A stretch of DNA of 64,000 bases, taken from assembly GCF_002571385.2 (NCBI RefSeq), contig NW_019218211.1, positions 159,654-223,653 on the forward strand. The letters are read 5' to 3'. A model generated the notes under the pieces. It had not been told where the DNA came from and searched no databases. It saw only the letters and a list, made by a program, of their open reading frames with translations. Made by a program: the position numbers and the translations under genes. Origin of the DNA: Stylophora pistillata. Taxonomy: Eukaryota. Below, one piece after another: positions 51,201 to 64,000 of this stretch (its first letter is position 1; the number at the start of each line of letters is the position of its first letter).

Positions 51201-54200
51201 TGGAGGTTATGCAACATTGCAAACTTTCATTTTGGGAAACATTAAGGCCAGGGAAATGTCAGAGATAAGTTGGGTTAGAGATGATTTAAGTTGTGCCAAA
51301 AAATTTAGGTAAAATGCAGGTTGAGATAGAACTGTACATTTTTGCATGTACACAAGTGCATCCATGGCCTAGCACCAGATTATCAAATCTTTGACAATAA
51401 ATTATGAAGTAGGGGATCTGCTAATAAAAGTTGCTCCTTGCAAGGGCTTCAAAATTCCAGTATGTAATGGTCTGTTACTATAGTAATTTTGATCATTAAC
51501 CAGAGAGAAGGGTAATATTACAACCATGTTCAGGGACTCTTGTCTAAACACACTTATCAAGCAATGAGAACGCACATACTTTCTTGAAAATTTTATGAAC
51601 CTTTTTGGGAAATAGGGTTACCATATATCTCTTTATTTATGATAACTTGCTTTGTATATTTGGTTGAGGTATTATTGGCTACTCTTTTTTTCTTGCAGTG
51701 GATTATAATTCCCCTTCTCAGTAGTGCAGTGGCACAGTTTAAAAAGTACAAGTCGCCTAGGATGAAAAGATACCTGAGTAAGTTGAGAGGTGTGCTGGCC
51801 TCATGGTGAGCGCGCTCTACTCCGGTTGAGTGGTCCGGGTTTGAGCCCTGGCCTGGGACATTGTGTTGTGTTCTTGGGCAAGACACTTTACTCTCACAGT
51901 GCCTCTCTTCACCCAGGAGAATCAAATGGGTACCAGCGAATTTATTGCTGGGGGTAACTCTGAGATGGACTAGTGTTGCATCTAGGGAGGAGTAGAAATA
52001 CTCCTAGGTGCTTCATACTACGGAAACTGGAGTTGAGTACCAGCCCAATGGGCCACTTGGCTCATAAGCAGGCTTCACCTTTACCTTTTTTACTTTAAAA
52101 GTTTACAAGATGCAACTAAAAGCTCTGCTTTTGTTTTCTTGTAATGGTGTAGCTAGTGCTATTAAAAGTTATGCTTTGATTTCATGAATTCCATTTGATT
52201 AGTGTTGTTTACAAAGGCAAGTTTTATGGGAATTGATGAGACCTCTGCAACACATTTACCGTGTCACTTTCCTTTTACCCTTGTTTTACAAAAAGATAGG
52301 TAAGGGGGCATTTCTTAGAGGGCCCTAGTAACTTAACAGGCCTCTAAAGCTGTTCTGTTTCATTCAAGATCATTGGAGTTTCAAAAAGTTTGAAAATGAT
52401 ACAATGAAATGTCAGCTAAAGAAACAAAATGGACTGGTTGGGGAGCCAGGAACTATTCTCAATTCTCTAAATTTTCATTTTAAAATATGGCTTTTGGCCC
52501 ATTAAGTTACTGGACCTTTCGAAAAACGGGCCCTAGTTCATTTTCTCCATTCATAACCAATCTTCCAGGTTATAATTAACTTGATCTGTTTTGTTCGAAC
52601 AAACTCTTGATCCTCCTTTGATTCTTCATTATGGAAAATTTGGGGGTATTCAGCGTTGTCATTAGAACATGTAATAGATCTGAATTGAGCTTATGAATTA
52701 TACTTGCATAGCAACCAAGGTGTGTTGCAAAGCATGCAAAGAAACATGCCTATTTAGCGGGGCTTGGTGCATGCTCTTGCAGAAAAATTTGAATATTGAA
52801 ATTCTCTGAAACATGATTTCCAGCATCGTGGGGCATATTTGAGTAGCCTTTTAACCAGACAATGACGTTAGAATCAGTTTAAATATATTTTTTTCTGACC
52901 CTGATCATAATTCACAAAGAAGCTGGCGCATAATGGTGTTACAGGCAGCAAGTTACTGCTGGTTAACGGCTTCTAATGACAACCATGGGCATTATCTATC
53001 AAATGGACCACACCGTAATTATAATAACCTGACAGAAACTTTACTCAGTGAACAACAACGAGACGTTTCTCTTTTAATTTTGCAGTGGTTCAAATGGGCG
53101 AGGAGTACTACCATGCTAGGGATTACAGTAAAGCCTTATTGTGAGTGTAGCATGAGGGAAAGTTTTAGTTTAGAATCAATAGTGGTCCAGTATTGCATTG
53201 GAGCTTTCACCACTCCATATGATTGATTTAGAAACTCCAGCCATCGTGTCTTTTAGTAAGGTGCTGAACTAAATCCTATTGTGATTAAGTTTTTCTTTCT
53301 TCTTCCTGCTCTTTAGGTTGTTCATTAGCATTGTTAACCCTTTAACTCTTAAGATCTGATGGTTAACTCTCCCCTCCACCTACCAATTCCTCTGACTAAG
53401 CTTACGCAAGTTGTTATGGATAGCGACTGTAAAAATAACTAGAATGCCTAGCAGTTATGCTGACTTACATGTATGAATTTTCTATAGAACTTTCTGGAAG
53501 ATTCTGTTAGGGTTTGTAGTTATGATGTAATACTACCCAAGTAGTTATGTTGTAAGCGTCTGGAATGTTCTGTAATACCTTGTAGATGTTTATGAGACTC
53601 GGTCGTGTAGTAATAGTTGTTGTTGTTGTTGTTGTTGTTGTCGGGAGTGACCGACTGTTTGGAAAGCTGTACCAAGAGAGAGCTACTGTTGAAGATTGTT
53701 CATTTCGAGGAGATTTGGAGACAAATGTGAATTTATGTCAGTGGTATGCTAAGATATAGATTGTAGAGGGCTTATGTAAGTTATTGAGGATAATTACCTA
53801 ATTGTCTTCTGGAGTCGCTCCTAAGTTAGAATATTACACGACGTTTAATATTAATAGTAGTTGAGTTTGTCACTACTGTCATTGTGTGGCTATTTTAGGT
53901 TGTTGGGAAAAGTCACGTGGGATTACCGCAGAGAAAAGTGGTGGTCACTTCTTACTTCAGTTTTAATCACATCACTGAGGTAAAGTTTTTTTGTGGTTAG
54001 TGCGACAAGATTTGTACTCCCCGCGAACCCAAGGGGAAATAATTTTCAATTGAGTTTGGAAAATTAGCCAGGATTGCTTTAGTTTTGCATTAGTTCGCAC
54101 TATGATTGGTCCAGAAAACTCGCACCATCCTATCAACTAATTTGACGCAAAACTGAAATCAATCGCGCTTTGGTCACTCGCGTTTTCCCGCGCTTTAGGT

Positions 54201-57200
54201 AGTTTACTTGTTTTCACTCTAAGCTATGATTGGTTCCTTGTGAAATTCCCCTTTACTGTGATTGGCTGTCGTATTAACTTTGGTTTTGGTTTTACGACGC
54301 GATCGAAAAGCCTGCTATCATTAGAATCAGTGATACTCTGTTGAGGTCGGTGGAAGGTTGGTTCATTTACATCGCAGACACAACTCGGACAAACAAAATA
54401 ATTCCACGTCTGTTTAGTTTGACTCCTGAGTGCCTAAAATCAAAGTTTGTCTTCTTGTTTGACGTTTAATTATTGCAAGGGGTTGTTTATGAATAGCAAT
54501 TTTGGGGCTAGAACATTCAAAACAGTGTTTCTTTTGCAAGTTCAAGTTTTAGATTTATTTCTTTGTTCATACATTCTTAGTCCTCCTTACTCTTATTGTA
54601 GGTGTGCATACTTGGTTGGCAATGTGGAAGAATATATCACCCTTTCGCTGGAATTGATGGGAAGATGTATCCTTAAAAATCCTGCTTTTCATTCAAATAA
54701 CTAAATGTAGCATTTTGTCTTGGCGAACTGAACAGTTAAACTGCTAGTTCAGCGTATTTCGATTGTGTTTGGTTAAACCATAGCTAATTTTACCATATTT
54801 ATTCGATTAACCGCACACTTTGAATGGGCGCCAACCCTATCGGTAAGAATAGTTGATAAGCGCCCAGCCTTTAATTATTTAACTATGTGGTGCTAGATTT
54901 AAGAGGAATAGTGCAACGGCAATCTTTGAATAAGATCCTGCTTAAGGCGATTTCCAAGTAAGGCCGAGAGAATGAAAAGTGCCTTTAAAACATAAGGTAC
55001 TTAAGGGTAGCTAACTAGTTAGGTTGCCAAAATTTGCACATTTTAACGATTTTGAGGGAGTTATATATTAAACAAGAGCCTCCATTTGACGCGAAAATAC
55101 GTACGGATATTTATCTGCGGACATTACCTGATCCGAGATGCGACCGGTTTTCCGAGAGCGAAGCTCAAGGAAAACTGTGAGCTTCGAGGAACAGATTTTG
55201 CTCAAGGACAAATATACGAGCATATTTTCGTGCCAAGTGGAGGCTACTTTGGTTTTTATCCTCCAAATATTTTTCGACGTGCGCGAAAAATGTCTTCGAA
55301 CAGCTTACCGTTTACGGCGTGGGATGTTCACTTTTCAGTGTTCTTTGATACGATTTTATGAGCAAAAAAGTATGTTCCTTCTTCTGTAACAACCACACAA
55401 CGTTTCTCATCTTAAATTAGATTTTAAGGGCAGAGTTTTTGGTATTGGACGTAAGGTTTGAAGATTGGGAAATATCACTTGGGGTTATTTCGTCGGATAT
55501 CCCCAAGTTTTAGTTGGGGGATGTTCGGTCCCGTGATGCGTTTTGACCAATGGAGCGCGTGCAAAAATGCTTGTTGGATTATAAAGAAGAATATTAATAT
55601 TTGTAGTTGTATTAAGCTGTGCAGAAAATTTCTTAGTCAAATTTACTGTATTGTAGATGATTAAGTACAGCATCTTACGAAATATGAGTGTTGTTGTGTA
55701 ATTGGTAGAAGTCCTTGATTCAAGAAAATATCAGATGTTGAAAATTCACCTGAAGAAAAAACAAGATGTCAAACTAATCTCATTCACGTTATGTCGGTAA
55801 GGACTTACTTCAAATAGTCGCTTAAAGAGGGCCTGTGGGGGAATTTTCATCGTAGAATGAATTTAAGCTAATTTCTCTGTTTTTACAACTCTGAAACCAG
55901 TCGCGGGTGATTTAGACTGAGAAAGCACGCGCGCGGCTGAACGCGCGGGAATAAGAACTTTCTTCCCGCGTGACTGGTCTTTCGCCTTTGTTCCACTCGC
56001 TTTGTCTCCGAGCGCTTGCTACAGGACAAGCATGAGACGAAATGCAACTGAATTTAGTGAAAAATATTTCTGGTTTGTTGTGAACCGTGAAAACTTTGCA
56101 CGGCCTTAAGGTGGCTAGTACCAGTTTCCTCGCGCGGAGAACAAGTCACTCTTGCAAGACGCGCGAGAGAAACAAAGATGGCGGCGCGTGGATTTTTTTT
56201 TTACTTTTGTGAGAAGTTTATCTAAGAGCGTGTATGTAATGTGTTGAGCGGCCACAGGGAATGCAGGAGATAGAAACTAAGATAAAGAAGATGATTTTCG
56301 GAGAAGTAAAGGTTGCTTTACTTCACATCTAAGAGAAATATTCAACCGATCTGAAAACTTGCGACGGCGAAAAAAGAACTCAAGTGAAGGATAATCTATC
56401 TGAAGTGGAAGAAGACTTTAAAACTTCAAGGAAAATAATATGATGTAGCCAGAAGTCGCGTGTAAGATTTTTAAGATGAACCCGAGAGGCTGTCTTTGAC
56501 AGCTGTTTAATGATTTTCTTAGCAGTAAACGCGAATTTACGTCTGCAAACATCAGAGCGTAGGCGCTCGCGCGAGCACACGCAATTGTCAGCGGTAGCTA
56601 TAACAGATCATGAGCAAATGTCGATCTTATAGAAACCAGATTTTTAAATGCGCGAGAAGGCGCGTGGAAATTGCTAAACTCGCGAAAGCCATTGCATGAA
56701 AACAAGTCCGGTGACCCCTTCTTTTTATTGTTCCAATATGATAATAACGTCGAAAGGAATCATCAGAAAAAAAACTAGAAAATTCTACGGAAGGAAATTT
56801 GCGATGTGTGAAAATTGCCTCTTTTCTAGATTTTCTGAAATTCCGCTCCGTAGAATATTTTAAAGATCTTTGTGCATTTTCCTTTTCAAGTGCCAAAAGC
56901 AATCACTGAAAAAAACCACGGGGTCACCGGGTTAGTTTTCGAATTACTTAAGTAAGCCACAAGCTAAAAAATGCGTCTGAATAAGCCTATGGAAGCGTTG
57001 CCATGGAAACTGCTAGTGACGAAATGACACCTATTTTTGGATAACCAATGATTTTATAATTCAACCCCGTAAAAGTGTTCAACTGGCCTTGGTAAGTCTT
57101 TCTGTTGTATTCTTTCAAAGTTACAAAGCATCAAAAAGATGAAAACTGGTACGTAAGGCAAAAGCTAAGTTTCTATATGAAAGTTTTTCTTAGAGTTTAT

Positions 57201-60200
57201 TCCTTACCCAGTTCAAGCTAAATCGTCGTGGTAAAAAATATAATTCAGGTTTCCCGCGGATAGAAAGCAGACTTAATGTCAAGATTATTTAACTCATTAC
57301 TGTATCATTATTTTATTATTGGAATTTCAAACAGAATGAATGTCCTGAACCCGAGCCAGGCTGTGACTTTGATTCAGTGGAGGAAGCCAAAGAGCTATGG
57401 AAAACACTCAAAGTGACGCCACAGGCACCTCAAGTGTTTACAATACAGATGGAACAGATAGCACCATTTGGTAGGAAAATGTCAACATGCTTTTGTATTT
57501 TTTTATTTTCTATTCATCTAAGGAGACGGAAAACTGAATTTAGCAATATAAACTCTATCGTGTTTTCCTATGGAATCGCGCTATTGCTATAGAATCAAAT
57601 AATTGAATTAACGAAGCGAGATATTTTGCGTGGAATTGCGTGTTGAAAACGAGGGTGTGATATTCTTTCTCATCTCTTGTTTCGCGCTCAGGATATAAAA
57701 CAAACAACATTACTGTTGTTTTCTTTTTTTATTTAATTTGCGATTCAAGGAAAATCCATTACCCGACTCGTGAATTCCGCGTTAACTTGCACGCGAAAAC
57801 CGATATCGCACTCATGGCTTCGCGATTCATATGATATCGGTTTTCGCGTGCAATTTAACGTGCAATTCCCTCGTCAGGTAATGAATTTTCCTATGATGAA
57901 ATACACGAACCAAAATCTTAAGGACAAAAAAATACTTTTTCCACAATACCCATTGAACCTAGGCTCGAAATGAGGAAGAGAGGTGAAAATTTGAGATTCC
58001 AAATATTAATTAATTCATTTGTCTTTGGCAAAGAATCGTCTGACATTTTGATATCTCTGTTTCCATCATGTTTTGTTCTCTCCTCAGTGGAATGCAAGGC
58101 AGTATTCGATTCAGTTTCAACTACAGCAGATTCAACCATCCTTCTTCAAATTTATTTGAGGTTTGTAATGTTTTATGAGAGTCGCTTAAACCAAAATTAC
58201 ATATAGCCTGAACTCGCATGATCTCAAAGGCTAATTAATTCTCCTAACCAAAGACATTTCATTCCTTTGTTGATGAGTCCTGAGAATTTCGTGTTCTATC
58301 AAACGATATTCCTCAGTGTTCCATTCTCTTAACTATCGTTAACTGTCTGCTTTATAAATTATCAAAGTAAGGAGATGTGGTTGAGAAGAAGCTATTAGGA
58401 ACCGCAAACCACAACCTTGGCTCAAAACTTTCTGCATTGGAGCTGTTAGCTCTGTTAACCATGGCAACGATTCAATGATCCTACAAGGGCGCTTTTTCAT
58501 TTATAGCCAATCAGGACAAAGGAAGATATCACAGTGAGAACGCAAAGTATCAACAAACTGCCTGAGGCGCGGGAAAACGCGAGAGATTGGTAGGCGCGAA
58601 TCGTCTAGACCAATCATAGAACGTAGCGAAGAAAAACCATTGCAATTCCAGTTTGCTATCGCAAATCGCTCTGAATATAAGTCTGAACATTTCCTATTGC
58701 TATGTGTTTTTATCTTTCAGGGTTTCTTGCCCTTTTCCCATCCGTTTCTCGAAGATTGCCGTTTTCTTTAGCAATCAGGCAAGTAAAATGTTCCCATGTG
58801 TGAAAGGCTAGGGTTACTATGTGTCATCGAATTATGAAAGCACAGTTTACTCTTCCGATGCCGTATTTTTAGTTATAAAACACCGATAGAGCACTTTTTG
58901 ATAGTGTCTTGAAGCCAAAAGCAAGGTAACTACCTCAGCTAACTGGTATCGTGACACTCTGGCTGCTAATTCGGTTACATTTTTGCTGGCCTATCTCAAT
59001 TTTCTTTTATCTTGCGTCTTAGTTTTATAACCAACAGTGTGTTGTGGAGGCAGGATCCCCTCAAGGGGAGGGTGGACTGTATCTTCTTCCAGCAAAGACC
59101 AAAGTGATACCATTTCAACTAGTGCCCCAGCCCGAAGATGTTGGAAAACTACTTCAGGTAAGAAAATAAATACTTCGCTTTACTAGTCTTTCGCTGTTAT
59201 CAATAATGTATGGGTATGAAAGGGTAATGTTGAAGTCAGCATACGAGACTAGTAGCCAAAAGAGGATAAGCTCATGGTCTTTTTGTAGAGGCTATCAACT
59301 GAGTATTGCTGCTCCCTTCCCCCCCACAAGATAGACTGCTAGTCCAATGTAGGATACCCCCTTTCAAGCATTCTATCATTCCTGTAAGAATAAATAATTT
59401 TGCCGAAGAACGCTACTTAGTGATTCCAACGACGGCTCAACCCTGATCTCTCGGTGGTGTTACGGGAAAACTTTGACGGAAAACTTTCCAGGGTAGACGG
59501 CTTTAATAGAGATTTCATTGAAGCTTTCTTCGTTGTGGTTCCCAGGTCACCTCTGTTGCTCTGGAGCTGGGTTCTCGCGAGTCTCGGTGTGCCGTACTGG
59601 TGTGGAGTGGCTGGGGAGGGGAGACTGGTAACTTAAGCCCTCCCTTCGTGTCATACGGTTTAAAATCTGCCAGCAAGGAGGATCAGTTTGACTGGGATGA
59701 TTTGAAGATCATCTCAAAAATTAAGTAAGTCTTGCATAATTTTCAGTAAGTTACCTCCTTCTCAGGTTTGGTCGCTACTGAGAGGAGTCTATTTGAACAA
59801 TAATTCGCCGACGTGGAGGTGAATTATTGTCTTAGTATATACCAAACATGCTGAAAACCAGCGGTCCAAAATCTTACTCTATCAGGCTACTTTCGCGTTA
59901 GCCAGTCAGCTCACGCGAAGATCGCTATTCGTTTCAGTTTATAGTAATTGCTCATAGGCTTTTTATCAATTGGCTTTGAGAGTTCTTCGGAAAGTAATTC
60001 ATCAAATGAATAATCACGACTCCAGTAGGGTTGAATTCCATGTTGATACAAGTTCCCTTTGCCATCTCTCTTTTCAAGGATTGAATCGCGCAAGCCTAGG
60101 GTTAATATTACACTCAAGCATGAACCACCAGCCCTGGTGAACGAGTTTTATGAACTTCAACTGGTTGTTGAGAGTTTGGAAGAAACGCCAGTGAAAGACC

Positions 60201-63200
60201 TCAGGTATGCCTTGATAGTGTTTTTTGTTTTCTTTTTGTTAAAGTTGAACCAGTCTATTTTTTGAAAGTAAGGCTTTCACGCCTTTTATTTGCCTTTCTC
60301 TCATTTTCGTATACAGTACGAAATGGATGTTTTCGTCGATTTCTCAAAATTTGACTCCTCTTTCCCGCGTTACAACTACAACAATATGTACCTTCTTTTA
60401 GAGTCTGGCTTGGATTCCAGGACGAGCCGGAATCTCCCGAAAGAGGTGGGTGTTTTCAAACAAAAACGTTTACCCGAACATGTTGATGAAGACGCGCAAT
60501 CCTTCCCCTTGTTGGAAGACACGTAAGTTTCCCTTTGTCGGAAGGTTAGAGCACTAAATCGTTTTTGATTAAGTGACGTGAAACCAAAACCAGAGTAATC
60601 TCAACCTCCAATCAGAAGAAAGAAAATACCTTGTAAGACCCAATCAGAACTCCAAGTAAATCGAAGTTTTGCATTGATTGGTGGAGAGAATGGCGCGAGA
60701 TTTCTGGACCAATCACACAGCGAAGTAAAGTAAAACCATTGCAATTGCTTTCTGAACATTTTTATGTGGATTTCTCAGTCGTTCCCAATGTCAAGTGCCT
60801 GTCAATTATATTTCTAGGCGCTTTGATTTACTCAGAGGTACCCGTGGCAGATATGGTTGAGAGGGGTGCAACGAACTTTTTGGACTTTACTGTGGATGGA
60901 ATAACTGATAAGGTATTTGGGGTTATAAAGATGATGATATATGGCCGCGCATGAATACGGATTTTAACTTCTGCAAACCTCAATGCTCACGCTGAACATA
61001 TATATTTTTAGACGTTTTGGTGTTATCCAGTTGCTTTATTTATACGAAAATGTCGTCCATTCTTTTTCTCATTTGAACCATTTCACGTAAGCATAACCAA
61101 CTCGTCAAACAGGTTATTTTTTGCAGTACAAAGCAACCAACAGTCGAAATAACCGTAGAAGATCGCAGGATCTTTGTACTCGATACGCGCATTATCTGTT
61201 TTCCTCTTAATGCTGTTGGATGAAGAATTACGTTTACTTCGTTTTTCTGGTGTGCAGAAAAATTAAGCTTTGACGCCAATAAATCGCAATTCTCGTCTTT
61301 TATATCGTTCATGTGTCCCTTTCGTCTTTACGTTCTAGATCGAGAGGTCGTACTTCATTAAATGTTCCCAAGTAGGTTCGCGGACTGTAACAGCAAAGGT
61401 ATGGTACCTCAGTCAACTGTAATGGCACAAATTTAATCACAAATCTTTGGGCGTCTGTACAGAAAACTCAAGTCAAATTGTCCAGCACTACGTAGCCTAC
61501 GGAACAGGCGTACTATTTTCACCTTGTAAGGGTGAACAGAGGCAAGCGCGAGGGGATGAACGCGTTTTTTTTCGCCCCGGTTTTTTTCACTCGCGCTGAC
61601 TTCCGTTCGCCATAAAAACGCTAAAATATTATTCATGTTCTGCAGATTATGCGTTCAGTTCAGTGCATAGTTGAAAGGTTTCGATTATAATACCTTTGGA
61701 AACGCAATTTTCCTATGTTCTAACTTTCTGAAGATTGAGTTTTAAGTTAAGACTTCTTATTTTGTTTAAAAAGATTCCTATTTTTTTCATGCCCAATCCC
61801 CTTCATCGTTTGCTTGTTTTTTTTTTTTCCAAATCCAGATTACTTATACCGTAGATGTCCAAGTAGAACCCAATTCTTCGCCAGTCACCTGTACTTGTGC
61901 TAAGGTGAGAACTTTTGTTTTTGTCTCAAAGAAAAGGTGAAGCTTTCTTTTAGTATTAAAATTAACAGCAAGAACAGGACTGAACCAAATTACAAACGGC
62001 GATAACTTTCCCACGTTTACTTTTAATGCTTGTTTGCTTTCTCATGTTGTTGCACTTTTATCTATAAAATAGTGCGTTTTTCGATTGAGTATAGTAAAAC
62101 CAAAAGAAAAGTGTTACCACAAAGACCAATCAGAAGAAAGAAAAATACCTTTGGGATCCAATGAGAACTTAGAAAGTAAAAACAGCGGGGAGAAAGGGCG
62201 GAAAAACGTGATTCGTTTTTTGATTGCAACTGATTGATTGAGAAAGTGGCGGGAATGTTTTGGACCAATCACAGAGCGGTTGAACATTGCTCTATTGGTA
62301 AATACAAAATCCCGAGTACTGAGTGGTTTCTTGCTCTCATCTTTCTCTACTCTCTCGATTTATACGCTTTATAGGAGGAAAGTGTTGCTATCAAGACTGT
62401 TATGCCATTTGAAATCTCATTGTCGCTAACAAACCTTAAGGTAAGTGAAAGTAAGCGCCTTTTACGATGAAATTTTACGTCCCTTCGAGTCGATCAAACT
62501 TGTGCTTTTTTCATCTAAACAAACGGTCTCTCGCTCTTATCCCAAAGGTTTTCTTTCACTGAAAGTAGGGGCAAGTTATGGCTAAACTTGTAAATCCATT
62601 TCTTTTTTCATGCGATCTTTTCACAAATTTGACCAGTGATGAAGCTATTATAAATCCGTGAATAATTTGAAACGCATCACAGGTCTGCCACAATAAACCC
62701 TGTCTTATTCGTCAAGAAACATTTTCTGATCATCACGCCTTTGACTGAAGGTGCTTTGTGTTTTGAATTGTCGAATAGCGTCAAATTGTTTTTTTTTTGC
62801 CCTCCGAAAGATGNNGNTNNTNANTNNNCCCNNNANNNNNNNAANNNTTNCNNNNNAANTNNNTNNNNNNANTNNGNNNNTNNANGAAGATGAAACTTTG
62901 ATCTGATAAGTTTGAGTATTCTCATTGCCTGTTTGATGGATTGTGTATGGATATTTTAGGGAGAAGTTACATGTTAATCACTCTTGGGAGTGAAGGGCTA
63001 AGGTCCGGTTAGTTAGTGACAGGGAACTAAGTTTCGTTGCACTTTCTCTTGGATAATATCAGTGCATTGTAATAAGCTCAAATGATTTTTTGCGTCTTTT
63101 CTTAGTTGGAAAGGCTAGATCAGCTGTTCGAAGAGGAACCATTCCTCTTGTTAGCTGGAATCAAATGCACTTCACCTTGGCCTGTTACCATGGTTGCCAC

Positions 63201-63213
63201 GACATTAAATATG
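39290..63213 (+). CDS. TRAPPC11: Trafficking protein particle complex subunit 11 (foie gras), ~30 exons visible; the gene continues past the window
   Basis: Exon translations [25 protein letters not shown]..., [106 protein letters not shown]; last visible exon 63106-63213. Confidence 0.95.
40337..40540. mobile_element. Abundant TTAA-CCCT...AGGG-TTAA (piggyBac-like) MITE; related copies at ~10476-10688, 13175-13380, 15583-15790, 17030-17217, 20183-20392, 33871-34081, 49520-49735
   Basis: Shared body (gagaatttggta.tggatcaa, aggagaaattctgtcttggtcactc) and ends ccctttaac...gttaaagggttaa. Confidence 0.65.
41495..41668. repeat. (TGCCTCTG)n 8-bp tandem repeat
   Basis: Read directly, about 21 units. 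Confidence 0.95.
42553..42900 (-). mobile_element. LINE (L2/CR1-like) 3' fragment with (AATTT)n tail
   Basis: Minus strand reads [26 protein letters not shown]. Confidence 0.7.
44261..47359 (+). repeat. ~1.48-kb near-identical direct duplication (~44261-45737 and ~45883-47359) containing three TRAPPC11 exons
   Basis: Identical ORFs at 44932-45132 and 46555-46755; an N gap lies between the copies. Confidence 0.9.
47352..47608. repeat. G-rich ~42-bp minisatellite, 6 units
   Basis: ggggagggggagggtgttaatctgcctttcctgtaaatcca is repeated with small variants. Confidence 0.9.
50506..51171 (+). repeat. 9 identical 74-bp units made of a TRAPPC11 exon 3' end plus its splice donor
   Basis: Unit tagaaaaggctggaattatagccttacaatctcaagaaatacaggtggaccattca|gtaagtgcactctagtgt encodes [18 protein letters not shown]. 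Confidence 0.92.
51790..52090 (+). mobile_element. Near full-length tRNA-derived SINE; other copies at ~16225-16375, 18620-18910, 59230-59445
   Basis: Head tggcctcatggtgagcgcgct...gggtttgagccctggc, core ttgtgttcttgggcaagacactttactctcac, (ACCTTT) tail. Confidence 0.8.
53428..53838. mobile_element. Solo LTR (Gypsy-like), 411 bp
   Basis: TGTAA...TTACA termini with a perfect 4-bp TSD CGAC at 53424-53427 and 53839-53842. Confidence 0.75.
54667..55734 (+). other. U12-type (minor spliceosome) GT-AG intron in TRAPPC11
   Basis: 5' site GTATCCTT; branch site TCCTTGAT at 55712-55719, close to the AG; no polypyrimidine tract; the frame is continuous (ELMGR-Y-VENSPEE). Confidence 0.85.
56106..57152. mobile_element. 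Non-autonomous TTAA-specific (Kolobok-like) DNA element with an eroded right end
   Basis: Left end TTAA|GGTGGCTAGTACCAGTTT; right end retains AAACTGGTAC at ~57143-57152; internal AAGATGGCGG motif. Confidence 0.55.
58779..59021 (+). other. GC-AG intron in TRAPPC11
   Basis: CAG|GCAAGT donor joins FFSNQ to FYNQQCVVE in frame. Confidence 0.75.
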
Positions 63214-64000
63214 GTGAGGCCATAAACCATATATGTTCGCAAAAATACTGTTTGTTTTTCTTTAGAAATATAGTCGAGGAGATATCAAGTTGATGGATCA
63301 GGGGAGCATGAGCTTTACGGCTACAAGAAATTAGCGGGGTGGGGTGGGTCGGGGTGAAGTCTCCGATTACGCAGAGGAGAGGATCCCTGACTTCACCTAG
63401 TACCCACTGAGTTGCGCTGGGAATGTAAGGTGTTGCATAGATAGAGGATATTATATGTCCGCTTGGAGGTACCAAATTTCTCTTCTCGTGTTGAAAAATA
63501 TTTCACACGTGAGTCAAGCGATAATTCGAAAAAAAATATTTCACTCGTGAAGTATTTTTTGTATCTCCGAGCGGCCATATGAAGCTATTTTTATTACACA
63601 AAAACAAATGAAAAAACAATCCATGTCACTTTCGCTCGGAAAGGCGCAATTTATTTTAACCATAGTAACATTTTATTTTCACGTGTGAAGATAACCTATT
63701 ATTTACATGTGTGAAGATGTTACGTTTACGCGCGAAAGCTCACCTAGGATTTTTTCGAAATGAATATGTTAAATATCTATCTATATAATATATGTATATA
63801 AAGGCTTGAGTGCGTGTTTCCCCCCCGTGGCCCCCCCACCCCCGTGAGAAAAGCATCTTTAAGTGAACACGTTCGGAACACGCCCGGAATCTCGCGAAAA
63901 CGATATGACATGAACTATATTTCGACCTTTGGATAAGATGGCATGTCTCAAATTGATCTTCCCCAGATAACTGCAATTTAATTCATTAAAGAAAGAGTAA

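Overview
Eukaryotic (animal) genomic DNA from a draft assembly with N gaps. It is AT-rich, has spliceosomal introns, and its repeat content suggests a cnidarian, probably a scleractinian coral (inference). Order of contents: (1) a LINE 3' end, then a nested transposon zone with a TTAA-targeted Kolobok-like terminus inserted in a SINE, a CXC zinc-cluster exon, a 30-bp TIR-only footprint and a 685-aa RAG1/Transib-like DDE transposase cut at its 5' end by a second element; (2) a degraded TPR-CHAT (TTC28-like) gene; (3) a compact block of spliced genes rebuilt by hand: TXNDC17 (-) head-to-head with C22orf39/UPF0545 (+), RMND1 (-) head-to-head with class I aldolase (+), and a MIF-family gene (-); (4) two bacterial-looking genes, an intronless DUF985 cupin and a secreted pectate-lyase-like beta-helix protein whose only intron lies in the signal peptide; (5) the 5' ~24 kb of TRAPPC11, with a U12-type intron, a GC-AG intron, a solo LTR, a probably artefactual 1.5-kb duplication and a 9x74-bp perfect array of an exon end plus splice donor. 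The best candidates for novelty are the RAG1-like transposon zone with its P-type excision footprint and the putative horizontally acquired beta-helix/cupin pair. All family assignments come from motif recognition, not from database searches.
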